DNA of 64,000 nucleotides from Oopsacas minuta (lineage: Eukaryota > Animalia > Porifera): positions 434,001 to 498,000 of the forward strand of contig JAKMXF010000298.1 of assembly GCA_024704765.1 (NCBI GenBank), in the 5' to 3' direction. Under the pieces are notes generated by a model. That model ran no database searches. It was given only the letters and a program-made list of their open reading frames with translations, and was not told the origin of the DNA. Position numbers and translations under genes: made by a program. Shown here in pieces: positions 1 through 11,100 of this stretch. Each line of letters opens with the position of its first letter. The stretch's first letter is position 1.

Positions 1-82
1 TACAACGGAAAATCTGTTGGATATGAATTGAATGTCCAACGGAAAATCCCAGAGTATAGGAATTATTATCGTTAATGTATTT

Positions 83-3000
83 TCATATATTTCCATATTC
101 ACTAGGTTGTAATAATGTTTTGAGCAAGTAAACTGATTCAGGATTAATCTGAGCTAGAATAGCAATACCCTCAATTGCTTTAGCTCGTAATTCTCTAGGC
201 TGGGATAAACTACAATAAGGATGATATACAGAAAGGAGTTTATGAAATTCAGGAAAATGTATTTTCAAATCAAAGGCTATATTTGGTATTGTGTGCAGTA
301 ATGCGAGTTGAGATTTGTAATCTTGTGTGTGGAGGTAATACGTAGTAGAATTCTTGCTCTGATCAACTAGCCTTTTAAAACTACTGATAAAGAATGGCCA
401 TAGGTCCTTCTCAATTCTAGACCTCAAAAAATGTCCGAAATAATGCGCTAACAAGGCAAGACATTCTAAAGAAGCAATTAGAATTATAGAATAATTAGTT
501 TTGGTACAGGCTAGAAACTGTGGCCATATTCTATGTAGAATAGGCAGTGACCTTTCCTGATTAGAGCGTAGGGCTAGAATACAATTTGTAATTACTCTGA
601 TTGCAAAAGTTGTAACTTTAGCAGTTGGAAAGTTAGTATAATAAGAAATAGAATCAATTATTTCAACGCAGATGTTGTGTTCAACTAAATCGGAGCTTTC
701 CTGTGGATTTTCGGGGCTGGGATTGGTTACTTGGTCATCTTCCTGTGGATGATAATAATGTATATAATCCTCATATTCATTTAAGAAACATTCCGTAGAA
801 TTATCTGAGGTAATAATGACGTCATCATCTTCTGTATACTGCCAATTGAACAGCTGTTGGGATATGACAACGAGTGTAGGCAGCAAAACAACACTCTCAT
901 CATGTGAATGGTAGAAACGAATGCTTTTCAATAGATAACTTACTGAATCCTCAAGGAGAGCTAGTAGCTTAACTGAACTGTTACGAAATACAGCCTGCAG
1001 GACATCAAGTGCAGATTGACTGGTACATTCTTGAAAGAACTGTAGTGAAATTACGTTTGTTATGTAATCTGCATTATCGTGAATGAGATTTTGTACTGAA
1101 GGGTATTTTAATGCTAAACACAGTTTTTGTAATGAATCGTATGACTGAGCTTGTAAATGAGGATTTGAATTATTTGATTTTTCTAAAAGAGGGAATATTG
1201 TAGTTACAAGAAATGGTTGAAAATTCATTCCAAGAGAAACCGCGAAATGTCCTAACCCTTCTAGAATTAGAATTTGTTGAATTGTCCTGTCCTTCAATGC
1301 GAATATAGTCGGAATATTAATCTCTTCATCGAAATTTGCTCTATTCTTCACTAAAGCATAAGCACTCCTGTCTAAATCTTCAAACCATTCCGATTGTAGA
1401 TAAATCGGTATAACAGTTTCGATAGTATTCGTAACCAATTCAATAGATTGAGTTTCAACACTGCCAACAATTAAATGATTCAAGATGAATACCAATTCCT
1501 TTCGTATATGTTCTTTCTCAGATAACTCAAATATGTAACTCAGTATAGATTCAAACACACAATACATACCAATCGTATGTAGAATATCGATTATAGCTTT
1601 TACGGATTTGTCACCCAAATTTGTGAAGATGATTTTTAGGGTACTTAGATCTTCCGTTTTTGGGGCAGAAAGCACCATAACTTGGTTAAGAATTGTATTA
1701 TCAGAAATATCAAATTCCAAAACGCTAATAAAAGTTTTTACTAAATTCTTGATACATTCTTTCATTCGAATATTAGTATTACCAATCTTTAGTTGGATTT
1801 TACCTATCAGTTTGAGATAACCTGATAGCAAACGTAGAATTGGTAATTTATTACTGTCATTAAGATTGTGAGCTATTTTCGGGAGTGAATATGTAAGTTC
1901 TTCTATCCTCAACAACAGAGAATTGAATGAATTAAGTTCGGGTAAATTTGAAAACGTTGATATCATTTTGGTAGCGGAATCTGACACAAATTTATTAGTA
2001 TCAGCTGATAACACAATGAGCGTATCAATCAAACTTGTCATCAGAATTGGCAGACTGATTTGACAGTTTCCAAGCATAACGGCTGCCGCTTCTAACAAGC
2101 ATAGTCTCGTTTTAAAATTTTCATGTGCAATACAAATTTGAGTAGTACTGACATAAAGTGAGGATAATCTTATGGAAGTCCGCTCCCACCAATCTTTGTT
2201 TAGATTTACGTAGAGCTCTTCCTTCTCCAAATCATGGGGAGGTGGAGATTCCTGTTCAAGGATATGTTTATAGAATTTATTATTGCAAGTGTAAACGATA
2301 AAATTCGCGAATGTGAGGATAACAGCCGCGATCAGACTCGCAGAAGGTTGCACATGAGTTGTAATAAAGTGAACAAGTTTGCTTGTAATACCAGGGATAA
2401 AGAAAACCATCACTTTTTGAATCTGAAAACTTTCAGTGCATTTCCTAACAGATGTCCACAGAAAATCATATTGCAATGCTGTATTAAAAAGAACTTTATT
2501 AGGAGTATAGCGTACCGGACGAAATTGGCAAAAAGTGTTCAATAATGACATTAAATTATTAATAACCAGAAATGGGATTTTATTGCCTTGTTTAATTTCA
2601 AGTTCTTTTAACATCAGGTGGATCAATAGACCCAATTGCTTTTTATAACTTGTTTCGCTGTAAAACTTTCTTAAAACATCTGAATCTGTAGATTTAAATA
2701 GAGCGGAGATTGACATTAATATTTGAATTTTTATTTCCTCAGAAATAGTGACTTTCGATTCATAATTTGGCAATTCTGAATCGAGAAAGAAGCAAAATGT
2801 TCCAAATATATCTAAGAAACCATTTATCTGTGCTATGTTTGTTCGTTTTAATGTATGATGTATAATCTTGAAGGCTAGCTCGATGAAATTTTCTGGTAAC
2901 TTTATTTCACTATTCCTCATGTGTATACATAGAGGGTATATTACATATGATCCAACTAGATAATGAATTCTATCTTCATCTTTAACTGATTCCAGCATTG

Positions 3001-3091
3001 TTTTCAATGTTCCCGCAGACGGGCTCTCTCTAAATAATCCACAAGCTAATTTAACTCGAAAGAACTGAGCTTCGGCTTCCTCACGATCCAT
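83..3091 (-). CDS. TTI1: TELO2-interacting protein 1 (TTT complex HEAT-repeat subunit), single exon, 1002 aa
   Basis: Uninterrupted 1002-aa helical ORF; segments NADYITNVISLQF, FIPGITSKL and HFLRSRIEKDLWP resemble TTI1 family motifs; an in-frame stop lies just upstream of the ATG. Confidence 0.8.
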   Translation of the reverse strand: MDREEAEAQFFRVKLACGLFRESPSAGTLKTMLESVKDEDRIHYLVGSYVIYPLCIHMRNSEIKLPENFIELAFKIIHHTLKRTNIAQINGFLDIFGTFCFFLDSELPNYESKVTISEEIKIQILMSISALFKSTDSDVLRKFYSETSYKKQLGLLIHLMLKELEIKQGNKIPFLVINNLMSLLNTFCQFRPVRYTPNKVLFNTALQYDFLWTSVRKCTESFQIQKVMVFFIPGITSKLVHFITTHVQPSASLIAAVILTFANFIVYTCNNKFYKHILEQESPPPHDLEKEELYVNLNKDWWERTSIRLSSLYVSTTQICIAHENFKTRLCLLEAAAVMLGNCQISLPILMTSLIDTLIVLSADTNKFVSDSATKMISTFSNLPELNSFNSLLLRIEELTYSLPKIAHNLNDSNKLPILRLLSGYLKLIGKIQLKIGNTNIRMKECIKNLVKTFISVLEFDISDNTILNQVMVLSAPKTEDLSTLKIIFTNLGDKSVKAIIDILHTIGMYCVFESILSYIFELSEKEHIRKELVFILNHLIVGSVETQSIELVTNTIETVIPIYLQSEWFEDLDRSAYALVKNRANFDEEINIPTIFALKDRTIQQILILEGLGHFAVSLGMNFQPFLVTTIFPLLEKSNNSNPHLQAQSYDSLQKLCLALKYPSVQNLIHDNADYITNVISLQFFQECTSQSALDVLQAVFRNSSVKLLALLEDSVSYLLKSIRFYHSHDESVVLLPTLVVISQQLFNWQYTEDDDVIITSDNSTECFLNEYEDYIHYYHPQEDDQVTNPSPENPQESSDLVEHNICVEIIDSISYYTNFPTAKVTTFAIRVITNCILALRSNQERSLPILHRIWPQFLACTKTNYSIILIASLECLALLAHYFGHFLRSRIEKDLWPFFISSFKRLVDQSKNSTTYYLHTQDYKSQLALLHTIPNIAFDLKIHFPEFHKLLSVYHPYCSLSQPRELRAKAIEGIAILAQINPESVYLLKTLLQPSEYGNI

Positions 3092-3304
3092 TCGATTATC
3101 TAAGATTCATCATGCACCTCTAGTAAATAATTCATCAAAAACAGGTTTACAATTAATATAACAAAATTGGGTTTCATCTAACGAATACAATTATAGTATA
3201 CCATAAAAATATTAATATAATTATATCAAAAGAACGAAGATATTAAAATCCAAAATTCAAGGTAGAAACTAGAAAGTTAACTAATTAGGAGAGAAGGTTT
3301 CTCA

Positions 3305-4465
3305 CTAGTAAATTGCTATCTGTTCTTTGTCGTATTTTCTAGCACATACCAGATCACCATCTTTCGTAACAGCTACACCACCTGGCGATTTGACATCAAT
3401 CGAATGGATAAGCAAACCATTTTTGTTGAATATTTGCATACATGAACTCGCACTATTGTTGATGATAATATTGTTAGAATTATCAATGCAAAAGAATAGG
3501 GTCCCTGTCCCACCTTTCAAGTCGATAATACTTTTCATGTGGGTACCATCTAGTTGAAACATATGTACATGTAATGGTACACTGTAGTCGATGACGTATA
3601 AGTTATCAGTATGGATAGTGACATCACGAGGGCTATTTAGTCTATCTTTACCAATCTCCAGCTTAAAATCTAAGTTTTCTGTATTGAATACAGCAATTCT
3701 GTTATTTTCACTATCAGCTACGTAGATACTTCCGTTCTTATCACCTACAACGCCTAATGGAGCATTGAGTATTCCTTCTGCAGTAAAATCAAGAGAATTG
3801 TTTGGTATAGCATGATCTGCAAATTTGTGCAACGCGTTTTGATCCGAATCAGTGACGTATATAAATGGATGGTCAACATATACCCCATGAGGTTTAGTTA
3901 ATTTTTGCCAACCAAATTTCAGTAGATATGTACCTTCCATGCTAAACGCTTGTATCCTATGATTCATTAAATCAACAACGAAGATAGATGAGTTAGTAAT
4001 TGATATACCTAGTGGGACGCACAGCTGGCCTGGCTTAACTCCTCTTTTACCAAATGTTACGTTAGGATCTTTCTTCCGAATAAATGGGGTAAATAATATG
4101 TTACCGCTCATTTGCAGAATTCGCTTAAATTTAATAATGTTTGTATACAAAAATCCTTGGATAGAAACAGGAGTGGGCTGAAGGAATTTTTGCATTTTCT
4201 TTTTAGTATTCGATACGAAATCATTTTGGAGGTTTTGACTTAGTTGGTATGTGGGTTCTGTACTATCAAGTTGTCCGATCAATTTTTGTAAATCTTTTAG
4301 GTGCTCTTCACGCATCCGTTCACTCTCCAAATATTTCAACTTTATCTCTTTTAATTGTGAGAGCAGAATACTTCTCCGAGCATTAAGAATGTCAATCAAT
4401 TCATCGAATGTACTTTTTATGGAATCTTCAGTATCTTTGAATATGTCCGGAATACGCGAGGCCAT
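3305..4465 (-). CDS. Coiled-coil + NHL-repeat beta-propeller protein (TRIM-NHL-like, no RING/B-box), 386 aa
   Basis: N-terminal heptad-rich helix followed by NHL repeats (LCVPLGISI...VVDLMNHRIQAF; LNAPLGVVGD...YVADSENNRIAVF; LNSPRDVTI). Confidence 0.85.
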   Translation of the reverse strand: MASRIPDIFKDTEDSIKSTFDELIDILNARRSILLSQLKEIKLKYLESERMREEHLKDLQKLIGQLDSTEPTYQLSQNLQNDFVSNTKKKMQKFLQPTPVSIQGFLYTNIIKFKRILQMSGNILFTPFIRKKDPNVTFGKRGVKPGQLCVPLGISITNSSIFVVDLMNHRIQAFSMEGTYLLKFGWQKLTKPHGVYVDHPFIYVTDSDQNALHKFADHAIPNNSLDFTAEGILNAPLGVVGDKNGSIYVADSENNRIAVFNTENLDFKLEIGKDRLNSPRDVTIHTDNLYVIDYSVPLHVHMFQLDGTHMKSIIDLKGGTGTLFFCIDNSNNIIINNSASSCMQIFNKNGLLIHSIDVKSPGGVAVTKDGDLVCARKYDKEQIAIY

Positions 4466-6394
4466 TACCTAAGTAGAAAATGGAAGAGAGAGAGGGCAGA
4501 AATTCAGAATAGATTGGCTAAACTAGGATACGATGAAATAAATCATAGCTACTATGTATTCTGAATTCCTGAGCAAAAGATTACCAGCATTTACAAATAG
4601 TTGAAAATCTGGCATAAATCTAACATAACTGAAAATAACTGAAAATCTTAGATCCGAATCTACATACTCGATTACCCCTAACAAACCGTTGAAAAGAAAT
4701 CTCTAGCTCCACTTTGTGAAATTTCGCTATTGATACCTGAGGCGCAAACCTCTGACTCAAATTTTATGTGTACCAATATTCATGTTACCGGAGTGCTAGA
4801 TTTCGCACGGCAGAGCGTACGGAAGTCGTCCATACCAATAGAATATCTCCTTATATAGGAAATTCACTAAAATTAGCTTCCCAACCGTAATATTCGCTGT
4901 AACCTAATAATGAAGGAAACATTTTTTTTAAAGTGGTATATGGAGCTTGCTCTGTTGTCAAACGAGATATTTTTCGAATTAGTCAATATTCAATCTTCAA
5001 ATTGTAGTTCATTAAACTCGCGTTATAACCAAGTCGGACACAATGAAATTTATAATGAAGTGGCCCAATGGTCAGTAAATCCATCCATCTAATTATATCA
5101 GTAAAACTTCGTGTATAATGAAATAGATAGATGGATACAACGAATTTCGCATATAACGAAGTTACGTATTTCCCCTTTAGGCAAAAATCTATTGAAATTC
5201 AGTCGTTATAACGAAGTCCGCTCATAACAACCCCGTTTGAATTAATAGTAATTTTGCTAAAATCAAAAACTCCGTATTTAAAGAACTTGATTAAAGATTT
5301 TCGGTATTATTGCTTTAATTTTACAAAAATTATACAACTTGTATAGCGGAATGATAATAGGTCCCGCGATCCTGAGCACTTAGTTATTATGAGGGTATAC
5401 CGTATTTGTGGATTTTCCTTTTTATTTGTACTGTGGCTGAGAAATTTGTCTAGGGATTAGTGTAAGTCTCTCCCATGATTTGCATATTTCTAATTCTGTA
5501 CTTGAATAATACATGATATAGTGGCCGGATAACTGAGTGAATTTAGTGCAGTTACCCATTTGGCCTTCGGAATTACCCCTTGCAAAGCAAAGCCTGCATT
5601 AAACATCATGACGAGCAATTTTATACATATAATAAATAGTGGGGGACCATCCCTGGATGCCATATATTGTCAGGCTGGACTATAAATAGCCAAGGACGTA
5701 TTGGGGGGGAACACTGTTCCCTTACTTTAAATCCCAAGAGGAATGAGGGGAACGCGAAGACGCTTCTTTATGGAAATATTTGGATTGTTAACTATATTTT
5801 AATTAGAAATTAGACTCCAACATTAAAGTCAACATTTTATCATCAAGTAATATATTTTGTATTATCCAAATATTGTGTAAGTATCGTTTACATGTGGAAA
5901 TGCTTATATTCCTTCGATTTTCAGCTAAAAAGTACTAACCTAGTTTCACTTGAATTTTCCACATTTTTAGTGTAAATATCTTGTAAAGATGAAACGTAGA
6001 CAAGTCTGGAAAACTAGGACATCAAAAGCCGGAGATTTTACCACATAAGAGGCACAAATTAAGTGGAAGGGTAGTGTTGGAGCGTTCCCTTACTTAAAAA
6101 TACACCCCTACATATAGCGTGACAGCCGCACACTTCTGAAACGAACAATTTTGCCTCTTGGGGGTATTAGTCATTCCAATGATTCACTGTGCTAGAGAGG
6201 TAAAACAATAATTTTCAACAAATTAGCGCATATGGGTCCCCAAAGATGGAAATGTAAGTGGACACTGATATATTTATAAATAATGTTATATTTTTGACAC
6301 TAAGAATAATAATAATGATGTCATATAAAGACAATAAGAAAGGTAAGTGATTTAGTTAGAAGTTGGATTATTTAGTAATTCTTTCTGGGGTGTT

Positions 6395-6763
6395 CTATGT
6401 AGCGACCCTCTTCCTGGAAAAGTCAACCTCCACTGTTTTGTCAACTTTGGATAATGCTTCTGATTTGGGTTTAGGAGCGTTTATGGCTTGTTCCACGCTG
6501 ATAGCTCCCGGTCCGAATGAGGACTTGCCAGAGTCAGGAGAGAGTGCGTAACCCTTGTTTGTACCGACTTTCGGGATTCCGGTGGCGGATTTTATACTCA
6601 CAGCTCCAGCTCCATAAGAATGGGAAGCAGACGATCTCTGGATACCGAGTTTCTCAGAGCGACCAGCTTTCCCAGTTGCTTGCTTTACGTGATCGATATT
6701 GATAGATCCGGCGGTGTAATCAGCACCCTTACCAGCAGATGGAGTCAATTTTCCGATTGGCAT
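6395..6763 (-). CDS. Orphan small basic G/S/A/K-rich protein with three 33-34-aa spaced repeats, 122 aa
   Basis: ATG-initiated, clean GC-richer ORF in AT-rich surroundings; motif [YF]xxG[SA][IV][NS][IV] at residues 16, 50 and 83. Confidence 0.6.
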   Translation of the reverse strand: MPIGKLTPSAGKGADYTAGSINIDHVKQATGKAGRSEKLGIQRSSASHSYGAGAVSIKSATGIPKVGTNKGYALSPDSGKSSFGPGAISVEQAINAPKPKSEALSKVDKTVEVDFSRKRVAT

Positions 6764-8112
6764 TTTCGTTTAGAATAAAACAAAGAAACTAACTAGGTGG
6801 GCGAATACAATAGTGAAATATGATAGTAAGGTATTTATGTGGCTATATATGGATGTTTCGTTGATCTAATTATGCCTATCTACGATTTAGGAATTCAGTG
6901 TTTGGTGTTTGGTTTCAATTTGAATCAAAACAAAGAAGCAATACATATTTTGGTTTCACAAGAAAATAATATGATTCAGCTAAATACATCGGTTCAGATG
7001 GAAAAAAAACCTTAGATTTACATATACTTTTCAAATGAGTTGGAGAAAACGAGGACGGAGAGAATTATAACGGAGTAACCCGGGTCAAAGCAAATTAGTA
7101 TAGTGTCAGCAGCTTCACTTGTTCGTGCTGCGCGGCTTCGAACACTGTCAAGATCATATACCCCATCCTATCACTTTCCATATGCTAGTCATCATACAGT
7201 TTTAATGTTTATTGCAAAATATAGACAATTAAGAGAATAGCTTCTATGAAAAATATGATTCTAAGTCTCTACTGTCTAACATAACATTGAATGGTAAATT
7301 TAAAGAATTTTCAGGAATAAAATTCGAATTTTTAAATTTTGTAATCGCTATAAATGATGGTCACTTGGGGCGTATGCCATTAATACAGAATTTCACGAAA
7401 ATTATTAAACTTATTGTCTACTGAACGTTGCTGCCAGCTTTCATCTCGTCAGCGCCAATAAGGGATATTCCACTGTTCTAACCATTTGTTAGACAGGAGA
7501 TAATTGCAGGATAATCATTTAGAGTTTTATCCATAGAATTCGAGGATAAAAACGTGAAGTTTAGCAGGGGTTAATAATATTGAATATCCTGAAATATTTC
7601 TCAGATCCAGTCAAGAGCCCAAAATCAGTCGGGGTCTGTTGCATTGCGGCATCTACACGGGGGTCAGGGTGGCGTGCCCCCCTGAAAAGAACCAAAACAC
7701 ATAACCCTGAGCTGCAGTACCATTCTGTCGGCTGGACATTTTACATTTTTGTCAATGCACTCAAGCGATGAACAATACAATATCTGAGGTGGCGAAGATG
7801 GTTTTCAGGGTTGAGTGCTGCACCACCGTGTACCACCCTAGCGGCGTCCCTGAACATAAAATCATCAAATTATCATATCAATGAGCTCAGAAAATTTCCA
7901 ACATCTATTCGGGCGAGGTGGGAACCAATAAAATTACTTTAAAATGTGTTTAGAGCATAAAATGCCAAAAGTAAACAGGCTCAGATAGAATTCATTAATT
8001 ATCCTCTTAAATGAACGGCAACTCCAAGAAATAAGTTATTAAGAAAATAAGTAAAAATTGTAAACAAAAATCAAACAAATATACAAAAATACAAAAATAA
8101 AAATATAAAAAA

Positions 8113-11100
8113 TTAAGTAAAAGATTTACACATATCATCCAGAATATTAACTATATCCGGGAACCAAGGTCTGTATCTTGGATCTTGATTCCAACAATCT
8201 TGCAACAATGATACATAGTGAGTAGGACAGTTTGTAGGAACTTGTAGACGACCTCCTTTTAACACGTGTTCCATAACCTGTAATAAACAAAGAAATAATT
8301 AAATAAAGGAATGTTCTAACAACTTATAAACAAAAATAAACAAAGATCGCCTTTTTCGAATTTCACAAAAGAATTAGAAAAATTAGTGAATGAAAAATCT
8401 CAAAATAGAGCCTGTGCCGACTTAACTTTCACTAAATGACTTACAGTTAGGAAGTTCCCGGTCATACATATATCTGTGCGTATTGCTAAACTGAGGTAGG
8501 AGTAATCAGCTTACCTCAAAATCAAACTTTAATTCGACATAAGGCCACTCCCTAGTAGCGAGCTCCCATAGGATAACCCCATAAGAATATATGTCAACTT
8601 TTTGTCCATATACTGTAGCAGCTAGCTTGGGTTTCATTGATTCAGGTGCACACCAGCGTATAGACCCAGCACAGGTTGTGTTGTACTGCTCAGCTTGTCG
8701 ATGTAAGAGAGGAGCTAGGAGAAGGATTTACAGTAGAACCTCATTAATACGAAACGAACAGATCTTCAAAGTTCGTTCGTATTAACCAGAGTAATACCAG
8801 TGAATAAATATTATTGTAGGGACAAGATTTTGTGTAAATATTCGTTCGTTACATTAGTATTAACCAGTTCCAATGTATATATAAGGTAGATCTGGAAAAT
8901 GGATATAAATTTTGTGGGAATATTTCCCTGTAAATAATTTCGTAGGTCTAGGGTCGTGACTTACATAACTACACAACTCTGAATATTCCCGGGTTTGATA
9001 TATACGTGGTTAAAAAGCACGCAAATATTCTGAGATCGAATATATATAATATTTATGATATAAAATCTTACAATTTTCACTTGGCTCATTCGCCTGAGTA
9101 GCAGCCTCCAAGCTTGGCATATTGATGAGTGAGTTACTTATGACAGATACCATATAGTCAATATCTTTAATCATTTTAGCAACTCCAAAATCAGCGACTT
9201 TAAGTTTCCAACTGTGGTCTACTAGAAGGTTAGCAGTCTTCAGATCTCTGTGAATTACAGGTGGAGTCACCCCGTGTAGATACGTCATACCTCTGGCTGC
9301 GTCAAGGGCCTACAAGGAAATGAACCAGTTAATTCATTCAGCCATACAAATACCAGTAGATTGAAGGAAATAACTGGACTCTCGTTTAGATGTATATACT
9401 TCATCAGGGCCAGTTGTTATTTCAAAGTCTGAAATTGTACAAATATGGTATGCAATACTCACCATTATAATCCTCTTTCTCCAGGTCAAATCTATAGAAT
9501 GATCATCTAGGATTTCTCTAACAGATCCTCTGTGCATATACTCTGTTATAAGACAGAGGTTAGGTACCTCTGTACATACACCCATCAGAAGTACAATATT
9601 TGGATGTAACAGTTTGCTAAATATAGAAATTCCATGTAATCACACTATTATCACATCCTTTAAATTCCTGAATTCAATAACAATATCGATTATTTTGATT
9701 GTCTCGATATTGTTAAATTTGATATTTAAATATATTTTGGCATATTACACCAATTGACACATTATGGAGCTTATTAAAGCCCCAGACGAAAATGAGATAT
9801 TTACGTAACTTGAGCATAATGTCTGATTCAAGCAAAAGGGAAGTCTCATATCAAAAATGGTATAAACTCTAAACTCAAAGCTATCAACACAAACATTTCC
9901 AAAAGTAGTACAGCGATGCCAAGACTTGTAGTGCCAAAATACCCAACAACTTTCGTTCCAATTTAAATGAAAATCAAGCCTATCGAGCGACTGGATTGAT
10001 CCGATTAAGTTGTACGATGCTCGCCGTACCTGCACCACGGGTGTGCTGCCCCTGCGATATCAGTCGGTTCAACATAATTGGTGGTAAGTTAACCAATTTC
10101 ACATTAACCATATATAGATGTATAATACTTTGGGTTGGAGTGTTCCGATTAAGCGAGTTAACTATACATATCCAGATTCATGAATATACCTCATAATAGC
10201 TGCTTCTTGTTGGAACTCCTCCTTCTCTTCCTGAGAAAGTCCTGAAGAATGTACACGAATCTTCTTAACAGCCACGATTGAATTACGCCATTTTCCTTTG
10301 TACACCTCTCCGAAACTACCACAACCAACTCTACACACATACAATAATGAAAATACACTAATAGAAATACGTATATGATAATACTAACTGTCGCATAATC
10401 TTAATCTCATTAAAATCTATAATGAGGCTAGGAGGAACTCGTCTATTCTTTAATGTATCCACATAGCAGTTATGTTGCTCTTCTAGATGATCTCTAAGAT
10501 TTCTCAACTTGTGACGTGTTGATCTCTGCCAGCATTTGTACACTCCCAATGTGACAAAGAAAGATAAGACTATGCCTAATGAGCCTGCTGCAGTCAGCAC
10601 TATCCACCAGTGAACTAAATACATGCACAGCAGTTCATAAAAATATGAGAAATCTGAGATTAATGTAATTCTTGTTGAATACACAGTTGAAGTGTCATAT
10701 CGAATAAAATTCACAAGCTTCATTCGGTTGAAAGTTATATAGTAAACTATCATGTATTTATGTGCTAGAGAAAGTCTTAATAATGTCTACAGCCTCACAA
10801 TCACTAGATTGCTGCTAATGTTTAGAACTAATCTCAGGAAATATTGACAGACAGTTTTGGTTAGAATAATATAATAATCAAAATGAGTTAAGTAACATAG
10901 AACATAATAACCAGGCTTGCCGTGGGTATAGGAATCATTTTCTTGCTATGGGAAAACCAATGGGAATTCCGTCCTAAGCCAGGCGCCTTCTCTTGAGACG
11001 AAAAATTTGTTTTTGCTGTCGGAATGGGAATTCCCACAGAAATCCTGTGGTAATGGAATGGGAATGAAATTCAGCACCCACGGCAACCCTGTTAATAACT

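Noticed and set aside
1608-2545. Antisense ORFs over TTI1, and similar ones over the NHL genes, PHB1, LOXL, N6AMT1, LITAF C and ANKEF1
   Set aside because: Shadow ORFs on the opposite strand of well-supported genes, with no motifs of their own
9745-10038. 97-aa minus-strand ORF
   Set aside because: Lies wholly inside a kinase intron whose flanking exons join in phase; no recognisable motif
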